Positions 25,601 to 38,601 of a stretch of DNA of 64,000 nucleotides are shown here, piece by piece. The stretch comes from Lepidodermella squamata (lineage: Eukaryota; Animalia; Gastrotricha). The translations under genes were made by a program, and so were the position numbers. The number at the start of each line of letters is the position of its first letter. Within the stretch, counting starts at the first letter, position 1. The stretch spans positions 372,001-436,000 of the forward strand of contig JBLDXI010000015.1 of the NCBI GenBank assembly GCA_047495785.1, given 5' to 3'. Below the pieces are notes generated by a model. That model was not told the origin of the DNA. It did not search any database and was given only the letters and a program-made list of their open reading frames with translations.

Positions 25601-27247
25601 GTAGATTCCATTATTGCCATTGCCACTCAGATCGTCAGCCCGATGCATGATATCCAAAGGCCAGTAGCCATCTGGGACAAGCGTGAATGCCGGGTCCAGT
25701 TGCGGGGTAGTAATTTCTACCGAGGTGATTGTTTTAGTCTCGCCTAAATCAACAGTGACATAGGGCCGGTCGAATGCACTCGCAACACCTGATCGCAATT
25801 TCGTGCAGTTCGTAAAACTCCTCTCTCGGATAACGCGGCTGGCGGTCAAAACTGAGGCGTTAGGAAATCCAAGCATAGGATCTGTGATTTCACCATTTGC
25901 TTTCGCGACAGGGGCTTTGAAAGCTGCATTCGGTGTATACCTCGGAATCGTCTTACAGCCGAGTAGCTCGATTTTGTAACAACGTGCCGCGCCAGAGAAT
26001 GAAAGGGGCTCAGCTTTGAAGAATTGAGCGACGATAGGTCTCGGAAATACAACTGTCGCGATATTGGCTGCGTCGAGATTGCCAGATAGGGTGGTATTGC
26101 CATTGTTCTCCTGAAGTTCAATCCAATTATCACTCGCCCTAGCCTTGTAACTCAGTAGAAAATTTGTGACCCAGGAGTTCAGAGGAGCGCAGCCTTGGAA
26201 TTGGGCAGCAGTTACCACCGTTTGCTTTCTCAAGTCAATTGTCAATGGCAAACTGTTAGCATAGGCAGCCAATCCCCAATTTAGCCTCGAGTGATACGGC
26301 TTTGCTACTACTCGATCGGTCGAAATTTGTGAATCTTCAATTTCATTAGTTTCCATGCCCAGAGGTTCGAAGCATTGGGCTGGAGAGCCTTTAACTGCGA
26401 CCTTCGCTTTGCTTGCAATGCCCGTTCTATTCTCAAATGTGCTGGTAAATTTCACGTGCTTAGTGAGAATCGGCCGGAACGGCGTGAACGCCTTAGTCGT
26501 GCCGCCGACAGGATCAAACAGCTTTTGTTCGCCATGACCATTATTGATCGGTTGAAAGTTCAATCCATCGAAACTCGACTCCATTCTCAGCTTCTGCAAA
26601 CAGTTTGTGCAATAAAGCTGAAATTCTGTCATCCAAATAAAACGTTGAAGATCTATTCTAAACCAAGTACCGACAGGAGCATTCATAGTGAACCCGAAAT
26701 AATGCGTATGCTTCTCGTAAAGATGAGCGAGTTGCGGCCTCTCATCACTGTACACAGAGCTCGAAAAATATGCCAAATCAGTTACGTAAGAATTATCAAA
26801 GTCGACAATTTCATCGCTTGAAACTTGTGGCAACAAACAAGGCGCTGTCCATGCGGATTTAAGTATTGCATCCCATATCGCCGTTACGGCGCAAGATCTA
26901 GCTGAACACTGACGTGATTTCTTCATCAGACCCTCCGATGCCACTGAAAATGATGTTGCATCTGCAGTCGTGAATAGCTGGGCGATCTGCGAACCAGGTA
27001 CATCGAAGGTCCACAGGAGGCAACTTTGATTGCTTACAGTAAATTGGCCAGATTTGCATAGATCGTTAGCATTACACCAAGCCATGCAGTTTACGGCTAA
27101 TTTGACGGAGCTCAGATTTCTAACCAGGTGAATCGAGAGGTTGTAGCCGGCTGTTACTGGCCCGACTGCTTTTCCGGGGTAGATGTTATAGTGAAAACCT
27201 CCAGCAACAACGCTGTGGCATATTGCTGCCGCTATAAGCAAAATCAT
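19636..27247 (-). CDS. Secreted mosaic PAN/F5-8C/LamG/F-type-lectin protein, paralog A (8 exons; 1-bp frameshift at ~23543-23545)
   Basis: Signal peptide MILLIAAAICHSVVA; PAN Cys pattern; CFEPLGME..ELLGC discoidin; GYWPLD..DLSGNGNNG..WVHVAVTFD LamG; C-terminal WFRIDIG..NPIC..GRYVRI; exon-for-exon match to 40691-47174. Confidence 0.8.
22901..23132. mobile_element. Palindromic MITE with TA TSD (Tc1/mariner-pogo type) in an intron of paralog A
   Basis: TA-CCGTAGAGCGG...CCGCTCTCCGG-TA; ~80-bp TIRs built from GTACAATTTTGAAC repeats. Confidence 0.85.
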
Positions 27248-28235
27248 TCTCGGGATATGACCGACGTTATGTGGTTTTTCTTTGTTTGCTGATAGTCAGT
27301 TTGCGAAATCGCAAAATTTGTGAACCAGCCTGACTCGACTTTGTTTTTTACACATTCGCAATGCCTATTGCATTGCATGGTAGGTATTGATTGGATAATT
27401 CCTTCAAATTTCGCTGCCACAAATCTGTTTGTAAAAATGTGGAAGCCACAGCGATATTAATTTATTTAATTGAACCATATTTTCTACTGCGTGGGAATGA
27501 ATAATTTAGTGACCGAAAGGTTTGAAACGATTCGTAGGGTGTCAACATTCGACCTGCGCATTTTCTTGCTCGTGCGACATTTTTATTTTTTTTACGCATA
27601 AAAACTTTGTTCTCACAGATTGATCGAGATGACAAAATAGAATCAGCTTAATATATCATGAAATTGATCAAATTCGAGTAACAACGAGATTTCCAATGCG
27701 TTCTCGGGAATAATTAAACGTGGTGATTTTCAGGATATCAATGATCGGCCTGAAATTGGCACAAATTTCAGATGTGAGCTCACATGCTGATAACATGAAG
27801 TATCTGAGATAACTGTAGATTAAGATCAAATTCAGTAAACGTAAAAAAATTGACGAACAATGTCGCTGTCGGGCATCTATGCCGGCAAAACACCAACGCA
27901 CTTGACCCACTTTTTATTGTTGTCGTACGGCAGTGTCACGTGAAACAAGAAACACCTTTTGTTATCAACCTACTTTTCCATCAGGCTTTGAATCGTTCGC
28001 CTGTTCAACTCTCAGGTGTGAAGAGAAATGTTGGGAAGCACTACGACTTGGAATACCAGAGCCTGGCAACGCGGCACGATGCAAATACTTTAAATCCTCC
28101 GGCGCATTAAAGCTGCTAATTATTATTGGAGCTTGCCTTGGAGCGCAAATATGAACCGAGCTTTAGCGCTAAACCTTGGACACTTTATTGATTAGTCCGA
28201 GTGGCTTAAGGGCGCCTTTCACACTTTTAGCATAA

Positions 28236-31200
28236 ATGAAAAGTGTTCAGCTTGCAATGAAGGCAATTAGGTCCGTTTTCTTGCTGGTACTTCTTCCGAC
28301 GCTTGTAACGAGCGGGACTAATTTCAAACGGTATGCTAATAACTCGATCATACCGACGCCATCAAGCGGTCTGGGAAACCTAAATGGTTACATGATAGCT
28401 TTGACTGAGCCCGCCCGTGTTGTGTCGATTTGCGCAGCATATTGCTCTAGAAACTCGCAATGCCAATCGCTTCAGTTTCAGAAAAGCACGAAATCCTGTT
28501 CACTGTTTACTATCTCACCCGATGGCTCGAGTATCGCGAAACTGGACCCAAATCCCGACTACGATTCCCTGGCTATAACAGGCCAGAGTGAGCTAGCAAA
28601 ATCAGGGCAGTGTAAGGGTAATCAGTGCGTAACGAGCTGGTACTTCGAAGCAATCAAGCGTGAAATCACGCGGCCGACCTGTTGGAAGGAGTTTGCCAGT
28701 GATCCTGCCCCGACTTGTCCGGTCGAAATGCTGGACTACGACACGAGTTACGTCAGCGACCTCGGCTATTCCTCGAGCTCAATGACATACTGGACGGTGA
28801 CTGGGTACAATCTCTACCAGGAGCCACCTTACCACGCCAGAATCACCGCTGGCCACGTGAATTGGTTTGTCTGGGCTGCAAATTCGCCTGCTGGCCAGTG
28901 GATCAAGGTCGATTTGCAGCGATTTGTTTGGCTAACGCAATTGCGCCATCTATGCCGCTATTCTTATAATCAATGCGCACAGCAGTTTCGAATCGACTAT
29001 TCGCTGGATGATGTTACCTACACAACAGCAATGTCTGGCCGAGCAAAGCAACAAGTTAGAAACTCGAATTATTCAGTTTGATTGACTCATCATCCTTCTC
29101 TTTTAATCACTTAGCTCCTAAACGGCCCATTTACCGGCGTAGCCTCATATCAATTTTTTCGGCCAGTATTGGCGCGTCAAGTCAAGCTAACAATCAGCGT
29201 TGAAAACGGAACAGCTCAATTTTTTCGATCCGGCAAATTCGGATTTATCGGATGCCCTGTTGTTAACTGCTTCGAGTCGTTTGGGGTTGAGAGTGGCGAA
29301 ATCATTGACAGCCAACTAATACCCGCTACACCAATGCAGCAAAGCTACTACTCCAGAATCAACTGGGGCTTGGCGGCCGGAAATAGCCCGAGCAGCATTA
29401 CGGTCGACCTCAGAAAATCGGCTTTCATCCGAGCAGTTCAAGTTCAAGGCTGTTCGAAGACGAATTCCTGGGTAACAGCCTTCGGTTTTCAGTATAAAGC
29501 CAACACTGTCGATAATTGGGTTAATTTGGTGGATAATTTTGGATCAAAATCGTTTACTGGCAATATAGATGGTACAACTATGGTTTTGATAGTGTTCCCC
29601 AGCGCCGTTCTCGCCAGATTTTTCACATTAATTCCTGTTTCATTTTCGACCTCAATTTGCTACCGCTTTGAGCTGCTTGGCTGCAAAAGTTAGTTGACAT
29701 AAAACGTCTGAATTTTGTAAATAATTCATTGCTCCTTTCAGCCCCTCCTGTTTACCTTCGCAACTTGGCAGTTAATGGAATAGTCAATGCGGCAGGTTTC
29801 CATACGGCTCTTTCCGCCCCGAGTTTGATAACGCAGCCGCGAGCTGTTCGACTACAGCACCAGCAAAACTGCACACGAATCACTGGCAATCCAGCCAGCT
29901 CAAGCAGGCCCTACGTCACAATCGATTTAGGGTCAACACAAACGATCAGCTCGGTCGATATCGTGACGCCTAACTTGCCCGGCGTAGCTACCCTGAACCC
30001 TGATGGGCTGTGGCTGTTTGACTATCAGCGAGGGGGCGATGACTTGTCGAGCAACGGCAATCACGCCATCATTCCGCCCAGCTTGAGCTACGTAGCTGGG
30101 TTCGATGGCCGTCCTCTGGGTGCTTTGCAGTGGCCGGGAGCAGAACGAGCGATTCTTGTTCGAACGACTAACTTCAATCTGTTAGATAGAAACAATGGCT
30201 GGACATTCGCAACGTGGATTTACTACCCAACGGGAACTACAGGAAGCATGTTCTTTATGAAGTGCTCGTCGAAGGGCATGTAAGCTGGCGGTTTTATAAT
30301 TATTTTGCTTGATATCCCTATTACTTTCAACAGGGGGACCACGTATTGGCGATTAAACATGCAAATTTTATCTTCGCGGGTGATCAAGGTTGATTACACG
30401 ACCAGTTCAACAGCCAGTTGGTCATGGCCGACGATGGATGTCTACGCGCCACCTGATCGCTGGTTCTTTTTGGCTGTTACTGTCGATTGCAAAAGCGGGA
30501 TGGGCCGCGTTTACATCGATGGCGCTGATCGCGGTATCAACCATATCAGTTGCAGTGCGGCGGACTTCCTAATGATGACTGAGTACTTCGAAATTCGAGG
30601 TCAATGGAGTGGTCGCATCGCCTGCATGCAATTCTACAAGCGGGGCCTTGATCAGTCCGAGATTGAACAAGCCTCGCGTTGTCCCTGGCAGAGTAAGTTG
30701 ATTAGAGGTTCTTTGGGACATTTTATAGGTTTTTCTGACGCAGCGCCCCCGCCTGTTGCAATATACCCCCTGGCCTGTACCTTTACTGACGTAACCAGTC
30801 AGGGACCAAGCTTCACCCCGAATGGCAGCCCTCAATGCTCAAAGATGTACGGATTCACATCAACGTGAGTAATTAGATTTAAAAAGCTAACCATAGCCAT
30901 AGCGTATGGAAATTTTCTAGAGCTTGAAACTTTGCGACCGCAAATGACTTCATATCAATGCCGATTTCCACAGCGCCTGGTAATATCCTGGACCTTCAAT
31001 ACTCATTCACTGTTGTCATTCACGTGATGCAACCCAATGCAGCTGATGGCATTATTCTCGGCTGGTACAGCTCTGCTACTACCCCAGTTGTTTACCTGTC
31101 AATTTCTGGCGGTAAATTGGCTTTGGGCGCGAAATGCCGTGGGGCATCAGGCGGCAGCTCAAATTTCACGACTTCAAGGCAGCTCATTGCTAATCATTGA

Positions 31201-33990
31201 GCTTATATCGCTCTGATCTATGACCACGCCGCTGGAACTTTGCTCACAGCTCTCGACGGTTCCGAGAGTTCTTTAATCTCGTTCCCGTGTTCAAATGGCT
31301 TGGAAACTAACACAAGCCTATTTCAAGTAGGAGGCTCTACACCGGTCAATGTTGCCTGTCTCCATTTCTACAAAACAGCGTTGAATCGGAGGCAAATCGC
31401 GTCTTTGAAACGATGCCCAATTTCTTCGACTGCAGACATGACTGCGGTGGCGAGTGCTCCATTGGATGGCTCATATGGCAGCAAATCAATTACGAACGCA
31501 ACGGCGGGAGACGTTATCACGGCTTCTCTTTATCCCGCTGGTTGATTGAAATACCTTTTGAAATACCCTTACTGTGAATATTTGTAATACAGGCTCTGGT
31601 TTCCCATGGCGAGGCAATACCGTTGATGTTTGGGGTCTGTCAAGCAGCACTACGTCACACTATTACTACTCAGTGGCCGGGAGGACCGACTTGTTATTTG
31701 GCCAGGGTTCATCCAACCCAACGCCATACACGTTCGGCATGTTTTTCTACAGTAAGGAATCTGGAAATGGCGTTACGATACCATTGCTCAGCCTCAACGA
31801 ACCTTCGCCGGACTATTCTAAGATCAACATATGGCCTGTAACACCCAGCGGAATCACGTATAGAGTCAACATGTACGGTACGTCGGATACTACGTACACG
31901 AGCTATACAACCGCAGTGACAAATGTGAGCTCTTACTTCAACATATGGCGGCATCATATGTTGACCTTTGACATGACCCCTGGGGCCATGCGATATGAAG
32001 GATTCTACGACGGTGCGAAGATCGTAAGTGTACCACTGCCTAATGTTAGGCCGGGGCCAATTGGTCGCTTTGGAATCGCTCATGATATGTACCAGAACAC
32101 TCTCGTAACCCGGGGCGATATCGCGTGCCTCACCGTATTCCAGGGCTACCTTAGCCAATATTTAGCGACGGAAATCGCTACACTGTGCCCCGGACCTGTG
32201 TTGCGTAAGTCTTAGGGTTACAAATTTACTTCAACAATAACGTTGTTCCCCTTCAAAAGTTCAAGGACACATCTGCGAAAGCGATTTGAATGTTCGAGCC
32301 ACTGCAAGCTTCAGCTCTGTATTCACATCGGCGGCTGGGGTAAAATTCGACCGGTTCCATCTGCAAAATCGATGGACCGGGGATGCGAACACGGCTGGCT
32401 CAACTCCGTGTTGTTGGCAACCAGCTGCTTCTGATTCAACCCCGATTCTGACTCTCGACCTTGGCGAGGAGCATACGATAGCTTCAATCGCAACCCAGGG
32501 TGACTACTCAACCGGCTTCTACGTCACAAGTTTCCAGATGTCATACGGGACCCCGGTCAACTACTTTTTGTGGGTCTACGAATTGCCGAGACCTACGGTT
32601 GTAAAAGTTAGTCATAAACTCAGCATTTGCTGGTCATAACCATTCAAATTATTTAGGTTTTCGCTGGGAATGAAAATAGCGATGGAGTTATTTGGAATGC
32701 CATTCGACCTTACTTTTCAGCTAGATACGTCCGAATCCACCCTCAAACATGGGTCGGCGGCGTAGGATTGCGAGTTTTACTCCGCGGTTGCCCAGGTAAC
32801 ACAATGATACTTTCACTAAGATCCTCTAGTAACAGAATTGCTCAGATTTCTTCTGCGAGGCCGAGTTGAATGACGGCAACAGCAGCAGTATCAGTGTTTC
32901 CACCACTCAAACACCAGCTGTTGAACCACAGACGTTCACAATCGGAAGCACTGTCGACTTCCGGCCTCTCTCAACTGACCCTCAGCCCTATTTTCAAATA
33001 ACTTTCCCGTTGACAAAACTGATATCGGCTGTCGCGGTTCAATGCAGTGTTGACTCGACATCGTGGATCACGAAATACCATCTCATGGGCAGTTTGGACG
33101 GCATCACATGGACCGGATACGTTTGGCCTCACAACGGTTCGAGGCTCAGAATTTTCGATGGCCCATCAGCCTCAAGCAATCCTAATCCGTTCATATCCTA
33201 TTTGAGCCCGTATCCGTTTCAAACTGCTTCGTTGCGTCTGGTCATCGATGACTTCAATGTAGCCCCGTATGGCAGATTCAGCTTCAAAGGCTGCTCCGCC
33301 CCGAGTTCAGACAACTCATTTGCATCGATAGTCTCACCGCCTGTCGGCAAGGTTTCAGCACGATTGAGCTCGTCAGCCCCAAGCTCAGCTTCTGATGCAG
33401 ACTCCCAACCGCAATGTTCGCAAATCTCTCGAGTCCCCTATGGTAGACGCGTTCAGTTGCAATGTGAAAACGGACCGATTTCTGGTCGATATCTCAGCCT
33501 TGTTGGAGCTAGTCAGGGTTCTACAATTGAGATTTGCCAATTTGGAACTTATTACGACAATGGCACAGATTTCGCTAGGTACAAACTGGTTACGAGTAAC
33601 ATCTCCTCGATTCCAGCTGCGACTCTAACCGCTCTCACCACGCCTGGTCCAAATAGTGTTGGGGCATCACTGATTGCTGGATGGCTTCAGGTCGATCTCG
33701 GTGGCTCATACTCTGTCGGGAAGGCCATTGTCATTACACAGCAAAGTGGATCTTGGGTCGTTGAAAATCAGCCAGGTAGCAGCCAGTTGACCATTAGAGT
33801 CGGCATGGCCTCTGGGGCAAATCTCAGATCGAACCCTGTCTGCGACTATTGGCAGGATGGCAATCGAATCAATGTCGTCCAAGGCCAGGCAATAACAATG
33901 CACTGCTTGCCTGCTTTGAATGGACGCTACGTTTCCGTCGAAAAATATGGCACTGCAACAATTCAAATCTCGCGAATTATGGTTTTCTGA
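28236..33990 (+). CDS. Secreted mosaic PAN/F5-8C/LamG/F-type-lectin protein, paralog B (divergent; ~10 exons; in-frame TGA at 30925 and 31198)
   Basis: Signal peptide (start at 28236 or 28257); same domain order as paralogs; exons checked join in frame through short GT-AG introns; terminal TGA aligns with paralog stops. Confidence 0.8.
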
Positions 33991-34258
33991 ATCTGTCATG
34001 TGAAAAGACTGATGCCGGTGAAAACCAAATACAATGAACACAATTCTTGCTATTTCTTTGAGCCTGTTAGCCTGAATTTGTTCATAGAAGTGTGGCTTAT
34101 CATCATTTCTTTTAAACCTTGAGTTGATTGAATGATTTTCAATTCGAGGAGCTATCCTTGTATTACTTTTATCTCTAAGCTTTATGCGATCCGAAACTCT
34201 GACAAATTAATTTAAATCCCCATCCTTGTTTGAATAAAATAGTGTTCTCTCACGAGGC

Positions 34259-34506
34259 CAGGGTGCGATCTTGGCTCCCGGAGCTGCCAGGGATGGAAAA
34301 AAAATTCTCTCGCTGTATTTGCCAAAATTACTAGTTATTTTGGCGAATAACCGAGCGAAGCGAGTAAATTTTGATGATTTTCTACTAAAACACGCTCTAA
34401 AACCTTTCAAAATTGAAGAAATAGGGGAATAAATTCTCATTTTGTCGTCTGGCCCGGCCGAGCTGAGGGGGATGATCCCCCCATCCCTCCTGAAAGTCGC
34501 ACACTG
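34259..34506. mobile_element. hAT-type MITE
   Basis: CAGGGTGCGA / TCGCACACTG termini; perfect 8-bp TSD CACGAGGC. Confidence 0.8.
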
Positions 34507-35501
34507 CACGAGGCCATGACGCCAACCGAACGAGAATCACCCGGGAGAACAAAATAACTGTCCTCGAGGACAACATATTATATTTGCGAAAATTTGTTTC
34601 AAGTCGCGTTGCTAAAAATGCAGGCTTTTACATGAAGATTTTTCAAGTCTCGGCATAGGGTATCCAAAATCAACAGTTAATTTTACAAACCGGTAGAAAG
34701 CGCCGGACGTCCGATAGTCAGGATTTATACCGCAAACCATTATTTTATTTGCAGTTTGAATTCAGTCAGCAAATGAAAGAGCGCAGTACGTTATGAAAGG
34801 CTGGGCCGGACAAGACTTCGCTCGTTCTACCCTATACCCCAGTCAAAGAATACGAATGTTTCGAAATTTTCAATCTGCTTTCTTTCTCCGGTGTTCAGCC
34901 TAAATGCTGCTAATCTCCTGAAATCCCTTCAAAATGTTTAACAAGCAATATTACTTCATATAGCAATTTTTCGGGCAATTTTTTGTTAGGTACAGTACAA
35001 AGTAAAACCCTATTTTTAATTTCGGCGTTTTAACCGACTGGGCAATATCGATCTCTGTGGTGTGATGAATGATGAATGCTAAATATTATAAAGACTGACG
35101 ACTGACCACCAATGCCCTCGATGCATGTTGTTGTTTTCTCTTACCCACATGCTAGTTAGTATACCGTTCTTTGAGACGGCCGCGTCGCAAACAAGCCGCG
35201 CTCATTCTTTCTTCCGCTTCACCTCTCACCATTGGTAGGCAGCAGTACACGCCATGCAGGAAGAAGTTGCACCGGCAAAGCACATACACATGCCTTTTGC
35301 CGGCTGTAAACAGGCTGCGAAAAAACAACATGATAAACAAGTTGGGAGAGGTGACACTACACTACACAAAATAATCTTGAGCATTTACCTCATCCCTAAG
35401 CTGATTCACTCCAACTTACCTAAATTAGGATAAATTATATGGAAACTTATTACTGACCCTTCTCTATTGATCTCATTGGTTTAGACTTTGTTATCACTAA
35501 A

Positions 35502-38109
35502 ATGAGTTGTATAGCCTATATTGGAATTTTCAGTATTGCCGTGATTGCAGTGGCCCATGCTCAAGTGTACAGTCAAAACATTTTCCGAGGCAACGCAAAT
35601 CTCGACGGCTATGCTCACATATTCAACGGCAACCAGAACCGGCGGTGTATGAGCGATCTTGAATGCGGCCCGAACATGCACTGCTCGAATCCGATTTGTA
35701 TTTGCAACGATGGTTATAAGAATAACGGCGCTGATGGGTGCATTATGGTCAACTTTGAGACCAACTGTCCGGCTGGTCGGCGGGCGTGTCGCATGAATTC
35801 GGACTGTTTGGGCATTGAGGTCTGCGGCGTCGATCGGTGCTGTGCTACGGCCAAGGTGACTTCGGCTAACGAAACGGCAGGAGGCCACAATCATACACCA
35901 CCACCACTTCCAGGTAAGCAAATAAGATCGCAAATTCAACAATGCCGTGATCAGCTATTAGCTATTGTATATTGCATGTATAGGAGAATTTAGCAGAAAT
36001 GTTATTTGACAGTCTGAGGGTTGAATATTTTTGGATTGAATGCTGAATGATAGTATTGAACGTCATCGTGAAATAACCCCCAGCGTCCGAAATTCCACCC
36101 TCGAGTCCCCTTTAAATTTGAAAGCGGTATTTTAATGCGAATAGCTCGATAGCTCTTCTCGATTTAGTCTCCCTTAATGCTGCTTGACTTTCCAGCTTTC
36201 ATCATTCATCCCCCTGGCCATTCGACAATAGTTTTAATACATAAGAGTCAAGGGGTACATATCGCCGATTCATTTTAGGGAGCTATTTATCTCCCACCAG
36301 ACTGACTGCAATTTGTTTCTGAAACGCCCAACCAAATCACACGAAGGCCCGGAAAATGGTAGAAATTGGGCTTTAAGTGAAATAGGCCGTCGGACTGGGA
36401 GAAATGTGCGATTCCATTGTAATTTTTGGCTGTCTTTCTTGTTGTATTTGTCGACACGCTTACATATCACGCCAACGTTTATTAATCGATTGTTGCTGAT
36501 TTTTATAGTTCATTAGAGTCCATGTTTTGCGTTACAGTTCTAGTCATTGCTCAGGCCTTGCAGGTCAATATCCAAATCCATGATTGTTAGACCTCGACTC
36601 GGCGAGTGGGCTTATTTAGAGAAATTATCGATCAGAACACGATTTCTCTACAAAATGTTCTCTACTCAGGGTCAGCAACCTTGATTGACCCTTATCCTAA
36701 TCATTGATTACCCTGAATCATACATATCTCTCGGAAATATATACTTCGTATTGACAAGGTAAATTTCTACTTTCTGATCGATTCGAGTTACCATTCGGTT
36801 ACTCGGTGAAATTAGCCCGAAATTTATCCCTAAAACATGGTGAAATTAGCTTCTTCCATACATAAATCACTGAATTCCCGATCCTTTCCAAGATTTACTA
36901 ATGCTGATCGTAGCAATTTGTTTAGCTGCAGCTCATGCATTCAGCAATACTGACCCAGATGGAAAACCAATATTTAGATTAAGTGGGTGGAATTTAATTT
37001 TTTAACATTTTTCTTAGGTCATTTGAACTACGGCTGTAAAGATGCGCGAGAATGTGGCGTCAATATGCACTGTTTCGCCGGCAAATGCATCTGCAACTCT
37101 GGCTATCTGCCCAACGGAACATCCACCTGCCAAATCGACCGAACCCAGCTGTGCCAACAACAGGGCGGGCGGCAATGCACTGACAACAGCGACTGCCCGT
37201 TCGGCAGTGCTTGCAACGACGAGCACTGCTGCTATCAACTACAGACCAGCACTTTAACAGTACCCGGCGTGTCAGTTGTTATCAGGATCAAGCAGCGGAA
37301 GTTTTGCTCGTTTGATTCTGAGTGCGGCTCGAATTCTAGGTGCAATCAGCATGAACAGCGCTGCCAGTGCAACTATGGCTACGACCTCACTGATGACGGA
37401 TCCCGATGTGCTCCGATAAATGGTAAGCCTTGAGGGAATTTTTCTTTACACTAGCGGGATAGAATTTGCATGTTGGGCTTTCGACCAGGGGAGTAACCGC
37501 ATCCTCATAAATACTTTCAGTGCGCGAAGTACGGGGGAACGGGGATAAACTGGGTACCACCAGTTCGCTAGGCCGATGTGGAAAACCCCAGTACAATACC
37601 ACAGGGGGACACTTTGGTCATTGAATTCATGCCTGAAAATACCCCTTAGTTCGAGGATCCTACCTCATGCACCGAATACTGTATATACCAAATTATTAGG
37701 CAGGACCGAAATGAAGAGCAGCGTCGTATCGACTATTGTAAAACTGTTTTTGCGGTGATCCAATCTGGAAATGGTCGTAGAAGAATTCGAAAGGCTTATA
37801 ATTCGGTAAATACGGGAATCGATTCGCCCATAAATTGCCTTCCCTAAAATTACCGGAATAGATTCAATAGGATGTATTTATATAACCTTAAACTAACTTC
37901 TGATTATTTCTGTTTCAGCAATAACATGCTCGTATAGCACAAGGCCGTGTCAAAAGGACGGCGATTGCTGGTTCGGTGCAGCCTGTGGCCCAGACAAGTG
38001 CTGTCGCACCATCAACACGATGAGCAACTCATCTCCTTTTACTACTTCATTCGGGCGTGTTGCAATTTCTGTTTTTACTGTTGTATTTTTCTACTTTTCA
38101 ATTGTTTGA
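35502..38109 (+). CDS. Cys-rich EB/EGF-like repeat surface protein, probably GPI-anchored (exons 35502-35913, 37018-37422, 37919-38109)
   Basis: Signal peptide; three copies of a [C5xCGxNxxC..CxCNxGY..C]-[C..RxC..DC..C..CC] double module; C-terminus MSNSSPFTTSFGRVAISVFTVVFFYFSIV-stop. Confidence 0.8.
37518..37672. mobile_element. MITE family with CAGTGCGCGAAGTA(GGATCCTC) ends; related copies at ~2149, ~7571-7890, ~45130-45241, ~50452-50529
   Basis: Shared ACCACAGGGG..CTTTGGTC..GAAAATACCCC..GAGGATCCTACTTCGCGCACTG core among dispersed copies. Confidence 0.6.
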
Positions 38110-38601
38110 TCCGAAAGATTATCAAATAATATAAGAATAAATAAGATTGTTTCTTATCCAATATTTTTTGAATTAGCTATTCATATATATAATAATGCAT
38201 CTCCATTGATTCATCAACCTGCTACTTGCGTCATTTTTTCGAGGTGTTTATCAGAAGGTGAGATTTTCAGAAAAAACGATAAACTATTATGAGTCAGTAG
38301 ACTTTTCGCCGTTTCGCCCTTGAATGGAACAATGGGCATTTCATTCTACAGTTAAACCAACACATACAACGTGATATCTTGGCAGAAGAATTTGTTTAGA
38401 TTTTCTACTTCTCACCTGAATGAATTCGGAAATAACTTTCCACTCGAGTGACCATCGCTTGAGCGTTTTTTGGTTACCAAGCAACTGGAAGTTTTTTTAC
38501 AGATGAAAATATCTCGGCCGAAGGCTGAGTAAAGCGCTTTCTTGAATAAAAACCCTTGATTTTCGCATATATTTTTTAGATTGGCTCTGAACACTTAAAA
38601 G

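Noticed and set aside
30925-33990. Genome-wide TGA=Trp reassignment or selenocysteine
   Set aside because: TGA terminates paralogs A and B and NHR paralog 3 at positions where sister genes use TAA/TAG; other Trp codons are TGG; the aligned residue is Trp, not Cys. Only local or context-dependent recoding remains possible.
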